Translations under genes and position numbers: made by a program
In this document: positions 1 through 8,306 of the stretch, piece by piece
Layout of the letters: each line of letters begins with the position of its first letter
Numbering within the stretch: position 1 is the first letter of the stretch
Assembly (NCBI GenBank): GCA_036171915.1
Contig: JAVHRY010000008.1
Location: 1-63,674, forward strand
Length of the DNA: 63,674 bases
Direction: 5' to 3'
From: Elusimicrobiales bacterium
Lineage (GTDB): Bacteria; Elusimicrobiota; Elusimicrobia; Elusimicrobiales; UBA9959
The notes under the pieces: model-generated
Databases searched by the model: none
What the model was told of the DNA's origin: nothing
The model's input: the letters and a program-made list of their open reading frames with translations, nothing else

Positions 1-439
1 TGATGCCGAACGCGCTGCTCAAAAAATCGTTGAAATAACCGGCCCAGCTGATGGCTACCGCCACGTTCCCTATAGCGTATTCTATTATAAGGTCCCAGCC
101 TATTATCCAGGCCACGAGCTCTCCCATGGTGGCGTAGGCGTAAGTGTAGGCGCTGCCGGAGATGGGCACCATGGCGGACAGTTCCGCGTAGCAAAGCGCG
201 GTGAAACCGCATGCTATGGCCGTCAGGATAAAAGAAATAATTAGGGCGGGACCCGCCGGGTAGCCGCTGGAGGCGCCGACCGCGGCTTCGCCCACCATGG
301 CAAAAATGCCGGCCCCGATAATGGCGCCGATGCCTATCATCGTCACATCAAAAGCCCCAAGGACCCTGACAAGCTTATGGCCGCGCTCATGCGAGTCGGC
401 CATTATTTCATCTACGGATTTAACTTGAAAAATCGACAT
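1..439 (-). CDS. APC-family amino acid permease, N-terminal part (gene runs off the left edge)
   Basis: Not in the ORF track because it is truncated. A reverse-strand ATG at 437-439 opens the frame MSIFQVKSVDEIMADSHERGHKLVRVLGAFDVTMIGIGAIIGAGIFAMVGEAA...SGSAYTYAYATMGELVAWIIGWDLIIEY. These are the typical first TM helices and G-rich motif of amino acid/polyamine/organocation permeases. Confidence 0.75.
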   Translation of the reverse strand, partial: MSIFQVKSVDEIMADSHERGHKLVRVLGAFDVTMIGIGAIIGAGIFAMVGEAAVGASSGYPAGPALIISFILTAIACGFTALCYAELSAMVPISGSAYTYAYATMGELVAWIIGWDLIIEYAIGNVAVAISWAGYFNDFLSSAFGI

Positions 440-550
440 CGTTTTCCCTCTTAAGCTCTCGTTCTAAACGGCTTCATCTATATTATTAAAATACTTGGCT
501 GGTATAGAAGAAGTTTTTTGCGCGCTTTTGCGCTTACCCAGTAAGCCGCT

Positions 551-579
551 AAAAAAAGAACCACGCTCTGGCGGGGTTC
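551..579 (-). terminator. Rho-independent terminator of the hydrogenase operon
   Basis: On the minus strand GAACCCCGC-CAGA-GCGTGGTTC (9-bp stem, one mismatch) is followed by TTTTTTT. It lies about 125 nt after the protease stop. Confidence 0.6.
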
Positions 580-705
580 CCCCTGTTAAGCCGGGGCTTA
601 TTACAGGCCCAGGGTGCAGGGAGCGCCGGCGGTGAGGCCGGTGCGGCCCTGCAGGGACTGGTGATAGGCGCCCATCCCGCCGGCACCTGCGTATTTGGAG
701 AAACT

Positions 706-1185
706 TCAGAGGGAATTAAAGTATTCAGCGAGGGCCGCGGCCGAGGCTTCAACTTCGGGGCAGAGCCCTTCGGCATAATCCAGAGAACTCGCCTGCACAC
801 CCACCACCACCAGCTCCGCCCTGGTATCTTCCTTAACTATGGAGAACGTAACGGACAGCGGGAAGCTGTGCGTGGAAATAACGGTTTGCCGGTTTATCTC
901 TTCCAGCGGGATTACGCGCAATTCCCCCGCCGCCCCCTGGAAATGGGCCGCGTCTATAAGGATGATTTTATCGGGCTTCCAGTCTATGGCGGTCTGGGCT
1001 ATGCTCTCCGGCGTGGTACCTGCGTCCATAAGCCGCAGTTCCGGGCGGTTGAACTTCACATGTTCACAAACGTAAGGGCCGACGCCATCGTCGGCCCTTA
1101 GCGTGCTTCCCAGCGTAATTACCAGCGTCCGGCCCTTAGTGGCCAGCGCCGCCTTAACCTCTTCAGTCCACGAATTTGACATCAA
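706..1185 (-). CDS. NiFe-hydrogenase maturation endopeptidase (HycI/HoxW/FrhD-like)
   Basis: 159 aa. It has LGSTLRADDGVGPYV, IILIDAA and ISTHSFPL, the Asp/Asp/His nickel-binding pattern of hydrogenase C-terminal proteases. It overlaps the 3' end of the large-subunit gene. Confidence 0.85.
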   Translation of the reverse strand: MMSNSWTEEVKAALATKGRTLVITLGSTLRADDGVGPYVCEHVKFNRPELRLMDAGTTPESIAQTAIDWKPDKIILIDAAHFQGAAGELRVIPLEEINRQTVISTHSFPLSVTFSIVKEDTRAELVVVGVQASSLDYAEGLCPEVEASAAALAEYFNSL

Positions 1186-2494
1186 GGTAATGCGCCGAGC
1201 ACGAGATGCACGGGTCGTAAGCGCGCACCAGCATTTCCAGCTTCAGGGTGATCTCGGGTTTGGTCTGCGTGAGGATCTCGGGCAGGAACTTGGCGAAGTC
1301 GTGCTCTATGTTGTTCACGTTCTGGTTGGTCGGAATTATGCAGTTGGCCTGCCTGATCGTCCCGTTCCCGTCGGTCACGTAGTTGTGGTGCAGGATGCCG
1401 CGGGGCACCTCCACCGAACCCACGCCGTCGCCGGCGCACACGGGCACGGCGCCCTTTTCGTTCACGCCCACAGTGAGCCGCTGGCTGTAATCCACGCCGT
1501 TCTTCCTGAGGTCCTTGAGGATATCCAGGGCGTGGTAGTAGCAGTGCACTATCTCTATGACCTGCGCCACGGTGTTCATGAAGGGATTATGGCAGACCGG
1601 CTTAAAGCCCAGTTCCTTGGCCAGCGCCTTCGCCTCCGGCCGCAGCTTCTCCGAATTCAGGTTGAAGCGGGCCAGCGCGCCCACGAACACGCTTTCGCGG
1701 GACCACTTGGTGAACTTGGCGGAAGAGCGCGGGTCTATGAACTCGTTCGTCGCCTTCCTGTACTCCTTCTTGCTGACGCGTTTGCCGTCGGTGGAGCCGA
1801 TATCGCCGTTGAGCAGCGGGTATTCGGCGTCGTCCGACACCAGCGCCACGAACTCGGTCTCGCGCCGGAAGTCGGGGAAGGTGAGGGTTTTGGCCAGTTT
1901 CAGCGCCTCGCCCAGGTCCCCGGCCATGCCTTCCAGGATCTTTATCTGCGCGTCTATCTCCTTCTTCGAGGGAAGCTTGGTCCAGCCGCCGACTATAGCG
2001 GTGATAGGGTGGATGTGGCGGCCCACCAGGATGTCGCACACGTCGTTGACGGCCTTCTTAAGGCGCAGCACCTGGCGCACGGTCTGATTGTGCGAAGCGA
2101 TGAGCGGGATGAAGGAGGGCACGCCCAGCACATCGGGAGCGGCCAGCAGGTACGCGTGCAGGATGTGGCTGTCGAGGAATTCGTAATCCAGCAGCAGCTT
2201 GCGGAGCTTCACGGTCTGTTCGGTGGGCACCACGCCCAGCGCGTCTTCCGCCGCCTGGATGGAGGCCAGCGAATGGCCGCAGGAGCAGATGCCGCAGATG
2301 CGGCTGGTGATGTGCTGCGCCTCGAAGATGGAGCGGCCGCGCAGCATCCCCTCGAACAGGCGGGGCGTCTCCACCACGTGGAACTCGCACTTCTCGATCT
2401 TGCCTTCCTTGACGTTCACCACGATGTTGCCGTGGCCTTCCACGCGGGTGACGTACTCCACTTTAATACTGAGATTCTTGTTTTCGGTCGCCAT
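1163..2494 (-). CDS. Group 3b NiFe-hydrogenase large (alpha) subunit
   Basis: 443 aa. N-terminal RICGICSCGHS and C-terminal DPCISCSAH are the paired CxxC NiFe ligands. The operon context with HydB/HydG/HydD-like partners points to group 3b. Confidence 0.9.
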   Translation of the reverse strand: MATENKNLSIKVEYVTRVEGHGNIVVNVKEGKIEKCEFHVVETPRLFEGMLRGRSIFEAQHITSRICGICSCGHSLASIQAAEDALGVVPTEQTVKLRKLLLDYEFLDSHILHAYLLAAPDVLGVPSFIPLIASHNQTVRQVLRLKKAVNDVCDILVGRHIHPITAIVGGWTKLPSKKEIDAQIKILEGMAGDLGEALKLAKTLTFPDFRRETEFVALVSDDAEYPLLNGDIGSTDGKRVSKKEYRKATNEFIDPRSSAKFTKWSRESVFVGALARFNLNSEKLRPEAKALAKELGFKPVCHNPFMNTVAQVIEIVHCYYHALDILKDLRKNGVDYSQRLTVGVNEKGAVPVCAGDGVGSVEVPRGILHHNYVTDGNGTIRQANCIIPTNQNVNNIEHDFAKFLPEILTQTKPEITLKLEMLVRAYDPCISCSAHYLDVKFVD

Positions 2495-3267
2495 TATTTG
2501 TCACCTTCCTTGCACTTGTTGTACATGTCGAACTTGGCTTTGATCAGTTCGGGCTTCAGGTTGTATTTGCCGATCACGTCGTTTGCGTTCTTGGCGGGAT
2601 TCTTCACTTCGCCGCGGCAGCCGTAGCAGATATTACCGTTATTGACGCACCAGGAATTGCAGCCGGCCTTGGTCCACGGCCCCAGGCAGGCCAGGCCGCG
2701 CTCGTACATGCAGACGTTCTCGTTCAGTTTGCACTCGGCGCAGACGGGGTTATCGGGCACGGTGTAGGGGAGGCCCCGCAGCGCGCACTTGAGCACTTCC
2801 ACCAGCTCCGGCGCATAAATAGGGCAGCCGTTGATGGAGTAGTCCACCTTCACCACCTGGTGCACGGCCTTCGTAGCCGTGCTGGCGAACAGCTTATAGT
2901 CTTTGCCGTACACGCTGGCCCGGATCTCGTCCAGCTCGAAGGAGTTCTTCATCCCGTTGACGCCGCCGGTGCAGGCGCAGGCGCCGTAGGCTACCAGCAC
3001 CTTGGCGCGGGCGCGGATCTTCTTAAGACGTTCTTCGGCGTGAGGGTCGCCTATTGAGCCCTCAATGAACACGACGTCGTAGTCGCCTTCCCATTTTTCG
3101 CTGATGGCCTCGCGGAACTCCACCACGTCGACGGCGCCGAGAATGTCCAGCAGCCCTTCGCCGAGGTTGGTTATCTGCAGCTGGCAGCCTTCGCAGGAGG
3201 CGAAGTCAAAGAACGCCACCTTGGGCTTGGCGGCTGTGGGTACGGGTTTGTTTTCCATTGTCATCAT
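2494..3267 (-). CDS. Group 3b NiFe-hydrogenase small (delta) subunit
   Basis: 257 aa. It has FDFASCEGCQLQ and multiple Cys clusters (GACACTGG, CAECKLNENVC, CLGPWTKAGCNSWC) typical of NuoB-like hydrogenase small subunits. Its stop overlaps the large-subunit start. Confidence 0.88.
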   Translation of the reverse strand: MMTMENKPVPTAAKPKVAFFDFASCEGCQLQITNLGEGLLDILGAVDVVEFREAISEKWEGDYDVVFIEGSIGDPHAEERLKKIRARAKVLVAYGACACTGGVNGMKNSFELDEIRASVYGKDYKLFASTATKAVHQVVKVDYSINGCPIYAPELVEVLKCALRGLPYTVPDNPVCAECKLNENVCMYERGLACLGPWTKAGCNSWCVNNGNICYGCRGEVKNPAKNANDVIGKYNLKPELIKAKFDMYNKCKEGDK

Positions 3268-3278
3268 TGTTCTCCGTA

Positions 3279-4115
3279 TTAAAGTTTCTTAGCGGCCTTC
3301 ACCTCTTCGTAGGTGAAGGTGGGGCCGTCCTTGCAGCAGTAGTAGTTCTTGGGGTGGTCTATCTGGCAGTGGCCGCATTTCCCCATACCGCACTTCATGT
3401 GCCGCTCAAGCGAAAGGATGATCTGGCGCTCGGGCAGGTGCTTCTTAAGGAGCTCGGCGATGACGAACTTGTACATGATGGGCGGGCCCACCACCACGCC
3501 GAAGGTCTTCTCCGGGTTGATGGTCACGCCGGGGATCAGGCTGGTGATCAGACCGACGTTCCCCTTCCAGTCGGGAGCCGTGCGGTCCACCGTGCAGGAA
3601 AAGTTCACGTCCAGGCGCTTCTGCCATTCCTTGATCTCGCTGCCGAAAAGCATGTCGGTAGGCGTTTTGCAGCCAAGCAGGATGTCCACCTTGCCGAACT
3701 CGCGGCGGTTATCCATCACGTAATTTATCAGGGACCGGAGCGGCGCTATGCCCAGGCCGCCGGCCACGAACAGCAGGTCGTTGCCGGTCATCAACTTCAC
3801 CGGGAAGGGTTTACCGAACGGCCCGCGGATGCCCAGCCAGTCGCCCTTGCCAAGGGAATGCATATGCTTGGTCATGCGGCCGGCGGCGCGCACGGTCAGC
3901 TCGAAAGAGCCGCGCTTCGTAGGGCTGGAGCACACGGAGACAGGCGCCTCGCCTATGCCGTACAGCTCCACCTGCACGAACTGCCCGGGCTCGTGGTCCA
4001 GGTCGCCGTCCTCGAGCTTTATGTCGAACCACTTTTCGGTGGCCGTCATCTGTTTTGCGTCTATTATCTGCCCCTTGCGGAGTTTCCAGTTGGAGTTTTT
4101 TATTTCCTCGGTCAT
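3279..4115 (-). CDS. Hydrogenase gamma subunit, FAD/NAD(P)-binding with 2Fe-2S (HydG/AsrB-like)
   Basis: 278 aa. It shows a ferredoxin-NADP reductase-like fold (LLFVAGGLGIAPL) and a C-terminal MKCGMGKCGHCQ cluster motif. Confidence 0.85.
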   Translation of the reverse strand: MTEEIKNSNWKLRKGQIIDAKQMTATEKWFDIKLEDGDLDHEPGQFVQVELYGIGEAPVSVCSSPTKRGSFELTVRAAGRMTKHMHSLGKGDWLGIRGPFGKPFPVKLMTGNDLLFVAGGLGIAPLRSLINYVMDNRREFGKVDILLGCKTPTDMLFGSEIKEWQKRLDVNFSCTVDRTAPDWKGNVGLITSLIPGVTINPEKTFGVVVGPPIMYKFVIAELLKKHLPERQIILSLERHMKCGMGKCGHCQIDHPKNYYCCKDGPTFTYEEVKAAKKL

Positions 4116-4123
4116 AAATCTCC

Positions 4124-5158
4124 TTATTTATTTTCGGCGGCCAGGGCCTTCAGGGTGTCCTTAAGGCTGATCTTGGCCATGCAGGTGCGGGTGCAGCGGC
4201 CGCAGCCGGTGCAGAAAGCGCGGTAGAACTTGTCCAGAGGGTATTTGAACTTGCGGTAGTAGCGGTGGCGCTGGCGCTCTGCCCGCTCGTGCCGGAAGTT
4301 CTCGCCGCCGGCCACAGCGGCGAAAGTCTCGAACTGGCAGGAATCCCAGGTGCGGTTGCGCGAACCGGTCTTCATGTCCAGGTTGATGGTGTCGGCCATG
4401 TCGAAGCAGTAGCAGGTGGGGCAGACATTGGTGCAGTTGCCGCAGGAAACGCAGCGCTCGCCCAGGTCCTTCCACACTTTGCTCTCCGCGCCTTTGGCGA
4501 AGATCTCCGGCAGCTTTTTAAGGTCAACGTCTATCTCGTTCCGAAAAGCCTTCTTTTTGGCCTCGCGGACCTTTTCCAGGGCGCTGAAATCGGCTACCAT
4601 GGCCTTGGCCAGGCCCATGCGCTCCACCAGTTCCTCGCCTTTCTGCGTGTTAACGTGGATGATGAACTTCTCGCCCAGGTCGGTGAAGAACAGGTCGTAG
4701 CCGCCGTTGGGGTTATGGTTGCCCACCAGCGCGCAACTGGCGTGGCCGTCGCAATAATCGTTGCATTCCAGCCCGATTATAACTATCTTCTCCTTGCGGC
4801 GCAGGTAGTTGTAATCGCGGGGCCGCTCGGAGAAAACCATGTTCAGGCTTTGTATACCGGCAAGGTCGCAGGTATGCACGCCGAACAGGGCTATTTCCGG
4901 CGCGTCCAGCGAGGCTTTATCCTCGGGCTTGCCTTTGGAAATGTCGAAATCCAGCATCTTCTCGCGCTGGGGCATAAAATATTTCTTAGGAGGGAGTATA
5001 GTAGGGAGATAGGGAAGGGCTATCTCGCCAGCCGTGGTAACTTCCTCAAAAGCGAAGTTATTGTGCCCTTTAGCTACGGGGGCGTAGACTTTCATCAGTT
5101 TTGCCAGGCTCTTTATGAAGCAGTCCAAATTATCTTTCTGCAGTATGTGGTAATTCAC
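4124..5158 (-). CDS. Hydrogenase beta subunit, 4Fe-4S protein (HydB/AsrA-like)
   Basis: 344 aa with CVSCGNCTNVCPTCYC and CTGCGRCTRTC ferredoxin-type motifs. It is the first gene of the four-subunit operon, in the same order as the Pyrococcus sulfhydrogenase hydBGDA. Confidence 0.85.
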   Translation of the reverse strand: MNYHILQKDNLDCFIKSLAKLMKVYAPVAKGHNNFAFEEVTTAGEIALPYLPTILPPKKYFMPQREKMLDFDISKGKPEDKASLDAPEIALFGVHTCDLAGIQSLNMVFSERPRDYNYLRRKEKIVIIGLECNDYCDGHASCALVGNHNPNGGYDLFFTDLGEKFIIHVNTQKGEELVERMGLAKAMVADFSALEKVREAKKKAFRNEIDVDLKKLPEIFAKGAESKVWKDLGERCVSCGNCTNVCPTCYCFDMADTINLDMKTGSRNRTWDSCQFETFAAVAGGENFRHERAERQRHRYYRKFKYPLDKFYRAFCTGCGRCTRTCMAKISLKDTLKALAAENK

Positions 5159-5440
5159 TCTGGTGACCTCCGTTGCCGAACTAACGTTAACCGCATATAC
5201 ATTATATTTAAATTTAGAGCGCCGCCGCGGCGGGTCTTAAAACAATAACGGAAAAAATATAAGATTTTCTAATACATTGCCAACAAGGACGCTGCCCGCC
5301 TCCCCATAAAACTTCCCGCCAGGGACTTAAACCCGGCGCCGGTAAAAAAATAAGAAAAATTAATAAAGCCGAGCTTTCCCTGGAGCACCGCTGCGTGGCA
5401 CGGCCAATTACCCGCGGCAAAATTTGTAGAATATACGAAT

Positions 5441-5848
5441 ATGATGTACAAAGAACTGGTACGGACGCTCATAAACGCCGAGATGCAGGACATTTCCTTA
5501 TATCAAGCCGAAGCTGAAGCCTTCGGCGGCAACCCCGTTAACGGGGAAAAGGCAGCCAGGCTCTTCCTGCGCCTGGCGGACGAAGAGTTAAAACATCTTA
5601 AGGCACTGGGCGAGATCACGAACGAGAATACCGGGTTCCGCCACCGCAATACGGAGCCCCCGCGCTCCATACAGGCGGCGCTCCGGGCGCACACGGACCG
5701 CGAGGCAAGCAGCATAGTAATGTACCGCGCCCTGCTAAAACTTATCAAGAAGCCGGAAGCCTTAGAGACCATAAAAGGCATCATCCTGGGAGAGCGCACC
5801 CACCTGGCCGCGATCCGGGAATTCCAGGCGCAGATCAAAACGGCATGA
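5441..5848 (+). CDS. Ferritin-like/rubrerythrin-domain di-iron protein
   Basis: 135 aa with two ExxH motifs (EELKH, GERTH) in predicted helices. Its stop overlaps the next start (ATGA). Confidence 0.55.
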   Translation: MMYKELVRTLINAEMQDISLYQAEAEAFGGNPVNGEKAARLFLRLADEELKHLKALGEITNENTGFRHRNTEPPRSIQAALRAHTDREASSIVMYRALLKLIKKPEALETIKGIILGERTHLAAIREFQAQIKTA

Positions 5849-6330
5849 AAGAAATAGTACTGTTGCGCCACGGCCGAGCCCTGGGCGCCAGAGAGGCCGG
5901 CGTAGCCTCGGACGCGGAGCGCCCGCTTTCCCCCGCCGGGGAAGAAGAGGTGCGCTCGGCCCTTGAACACCTGCGCGCCTCCGGGTTCAGCCCTGACCGC
6001 ATCATTTCAAGCCCTTTCGCCCGGGCCGAGCGCACCGCCGAACTGGCAACCGTCGTCTTCCCCCTGGCGCTCCGTGAAACCGCCGGCGTTATCAGCGAAG
6101 GCCCCGCGCAGGCTTTGATAGAACTTTTTTCCGACGCGGCTGAAAGCTCCGCGGTACTTGCCGTGGGACACCAGCCCCTTTTGGGCTATGCCGCCGGTTT
6201 CCTGCTCGCTTCCCCCCCGCCGGATCTCTCCACCGCCGGCTTTATCCGCATCAGGCCCGGGGAAGCCGGAGGCGCCGGCACCCTGGTAGAGCTCTATGCC
6301 CCTCCCGGGCGCGAGGGGTCCCCGCGTTGA
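5845..6330 (+). CDS. sixA: Phosphohistidine phosphatase SixA (histidine phosphatase superfamily)
   Basis: 161 aa. It has the N-terminal LLRHGRA (RHG catalytic motif), a short single-domain size and a later VGHQP motif. Confidence 0.8.
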   Translation: MKEIVLLRHGRALGAREAGVASDAERPLSPAGEEEVRSALEHLRASGFSPDRIISSPFARAERTAELATVVFPLALRETAGVISEGPAQALIELFSDAAESSAVLAVGHQPLLGYAAGFLLASPPPDLSTAGFIRIRPGEAGGAGTLVELYAPPGREGSPR

Positions 6331-7469
6331 AGATCTTCTTGCTGGCGGCTCTGCTTTGCGCCTCCCCGGCTTTCGCCAAAGAACACTCTGTTGATATACG
6401 CCTTTATTCCCTGCACAAGCTGGTTTCAATAAACCTGGAGCCCGAAGCCGCAGAGGTGCTGTGCGGCGAGCACAGCCTGAAAGGGCCCGCGCGCGTAACG
6501 GTACGCGGAGCCGCCGTTGTAATGGACGGGGCTTTAAGATCCGGCCCCGTAAAGATCCTTAAAATTTCCGCCCAGGGAGGGGTATGGCTCTCGGGCCCGT
6601 CGCTGCCCCGCCGGCTTTATACGGGGGAGCTCGTGTTTTTCCCGGATAAAAAATCCCTGAAAATAATAGCTTCCGTTCCTCTTGAGACCTACGTGGCGGG
6701 CGTGGTGACCGGCGAGGCCGGCGACCTGTCCCAGCTGGAAGCCTACAAGGCGCAGGCCGTAGCCGCCCGCACTTATACGGTAAAGCTGATGAAGAACCAC
6801 ATTGGAGAAGGCTATAATCTCTGCGACTCCACCCATTGCCAACTTTACTCCGGGCTGGGGGCGATAAGCGCCAAAGCGAAAGAAGCCACCGAAGCCACGC
6901 GTGGGGAGCTGCTCATGTATAAAGGCCGGCCGGCCTCCGCCTTCTACCATTCCGTCTGCGGCGGGTGGACCGAGAACATGGCCAACGTCTGGCCCTTTGA
7001 AAGCAAGCCTTACCTTATCTCGGTGCGGGACGGCCCCCCGGGCCGACCGTACTGTTCAATAGCGCCTGGCTTCAGGTGGAAAACTAAAATTTACTATACT
7101 GGTCTTACCCGCCTGTCCCGCCAGGCCGGCTGGCTCACCAACGACGAAACCGCCAGCGGCATGAGGGTTGCGGCCTGGGGCGCCCCGGGCCGGGCCGCCG
7201 TGATCGAGATCCAGACGCAGCGCCGGTCTGTTAAGATCTCAGCCACTAATTTTTACCACGGAATAGGCCGAAGGGCCGGTTGGCAGGCGGTAAGGAGCTC
7301 CTTCTTCAACATCCTTTCCGGAGGGGATTATGTGATGCTGGACGGCTTAGGCAACGGGCACGGGGTCGGCATGTGCCAGTGGGGCGCGGAAGGCATGGCG
7401 CGGCTTGGTTTTAAATACCGGGACATACTCCGCCATTACTACCCGGGAACGGAGATAGGCTATGACTGA
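6327..7469 (+). CDS. SpoIID/LytB domain protein (peptidoglycan remodelling)
   Basis: 380 aa with a signal peptide. Motifs are AQAVAARTY, CDSTHCQLY, YHSVCGGWTE and GHGVGMCQWGA. The apparent TTG start overlaps the sixA stop. Confidence 0.85.
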   Translation: MKIFLLAALLCASPAFAKEHSVDIRLYSLHKLVSINLEPEAAEVLCGEHSLKGPARVTVRGAAVVMDGALRSGPVKILKISAQGGVWLSGPSLPRRLYTGELVFFPDKKSLKIIASVPLETYVAGVVTGEAGDLSQLEAYKAQAVAARTYTVKLMKNHIGEGYNLCDSTHCQLYSGLGAISAKAKEATEATRGELLMYKGRPASAFYHSVCGGWTENMANVWPFESKPYLISVRDGPPGRPYCSIAPGFRWKTKIYYTGLTRLSRQAGWLTNDETASGMRVAAWGAPGRAAVIEIQTQRRSVKISATNFYHGIGRRAGWQAVRSSFFNILSGGDYVMLDGLGNGHGVGMCQWGAEGMARLGFKYRDILRHYYPGTEIGYD

Positions 7470-8238
7470 AATACAGGCTGCGGTACTAGGGCTGCTGCAG
7501 GGCACCGGGGAGTTCCTCCCCATTTCAAGTTCCGCCCACCTGGCGCTGGCGCCGCGCGTTTTCAACTGGCAGGACCCGGGCCTGGCCTACGACGTTATGC
7601 TGCACCTGGGGACGCTGGCGGCCGTGCTGGCCTACTTCTGGAAAGACTGGATGAAAATTTTTAAAGACGCCTTGGCGGGCCCCGGGCAGAAAGACGGACG
7701 CCTGCTGTGGCTGCTGGCCGCCGGGGCCGTGCCGGCGGGCGTACTGGGCCTGCTGTTCAACCACGCGGCGGAAACCGCCTTCAGGGATCCGCGCTGGATC
7801 GCGTTCAACCTTATCCTCTTCTCCCTGTTCATCTACCTGGCGGACCGGCGCCCCGCGCAGGCGCGCGCGGAAGAGACGTTTTCGCTTAAAGACGCGCTTA
7901 TAATAGGGGCTGCGCAGTCCCTGGCGCTGATGCCGGGGGCGTCGCGCTCCGGCATGACCATTATGGCCGCGCTTTTCCTGGGCTTTAACCGCGGCTCGGC
8001 CGCCAGACTCTCTTTCCTGCTGGGTACCCCCATCATAGCCGGGGCCGCGCTGATGGAAGCCCGCAAGATCGGCGCAGGCGCCGTGGACGCGGCTTTCCTT
8101 ACGGGACTGGCGGTTTCTTTTCTTTCAGGGCTGACGGTAATAGGTATTTTTCTGGCCTGGGTAAAAAAGCATACGCTGGCCCCTTTCCTTATATACAGGG
8201 TTGCGCTGGGAGCAGCTATATTGTGGCTGTTCCGGTAG
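7462..8238 (+). CDS. uppP: Undecaprenyl-diphosphate phosphatase
   Basis: 258 aa polytopic protein with GLLQGTGEFLPISSSAHL and PGASRSG, the BacA/UppP signature motifs. Confidence 0.92.
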   Translation: MTEIQAAVLGLLQGTGEFLPISSSAHLALAPRVFNWQDPGLAYDVMLHLGTLAAVLAYFWKDWMKIFKDALAGPGQKDGRLLWLLAAGAVPAGVLGLLFNHAAETAFRDPRWIAFNLILFSLFIYLADRRPAQARAEETFSLKDALIIGAAQSLALMPGASRSGMTIMAALFLGFNRGSAARLSFLLGTPIIAGAALMEARKIGAGAVDAAFLTGLAVSFLSGLTVIGIFLAWVKKHTLAPFLIYRVALGAAILWLFR

Positions 8239-8306
8239 CCTCCGGAAAGCGGGAACCGGAAACAGTTCCCGAGTAAAAACCGCGGCTGATATTTTCTTTC
8301 CGCGCT

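Noticed and set aside
601-705. In-frame continuation after the hydrogenase protease TGA stop (SFSKYAGAGGMGAYHQSLQGRTGLTAGAPCTLGL), or a 24-aa ORF from the ATG at 675. Considered as selenocysteine read-through or a micro-protein.
   Set aside because: No SECIS-like hairpin immediately follows the TGA, there is no convincing RBS, the protease family ends where the TGA is, and open frames of this length are expected by chance in GC-rich sequence.
1103-2626. Long antisense ORFs opposite real genes. Examples are 1103..2626(+), 3258..4226(+), 8433..9545(+), 16110..17855(+), 29530..30459(+), 42863..43831(+), 43749..44660(+), 59446..60381(+).
   Set aside because: These are shadow ORFs typical of GC-rich DNA. 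Their translations are low-complexity (Arg/Ala/Gly/His/Val-rich) with no motifs, while the opposite strand encodes proteins with unmistakable family signatures.
3051-3067. CTATTGAGCCCTCAATG inside the hydrogenase small-subunit gene, which resembles the two REP arms.
   Set aside because: It lacks the GG-TTGAG-CC centre and lies in-frame in conserved coding sequence (FIEGSIGDP). It is a coincidental similarity.
5395-5411. TGGCACGGCCAATTACC upstream of the ferritin-like gene, considered as a sigma-54 promoter.
   Set aside because: The -24 GG element fits, but the -12 element (TTGC) is absent. A TG-N-TAGAAT extended -10 at ~5424-5432 explains the promoter more simply. No enhancer-binding protein is nearby.
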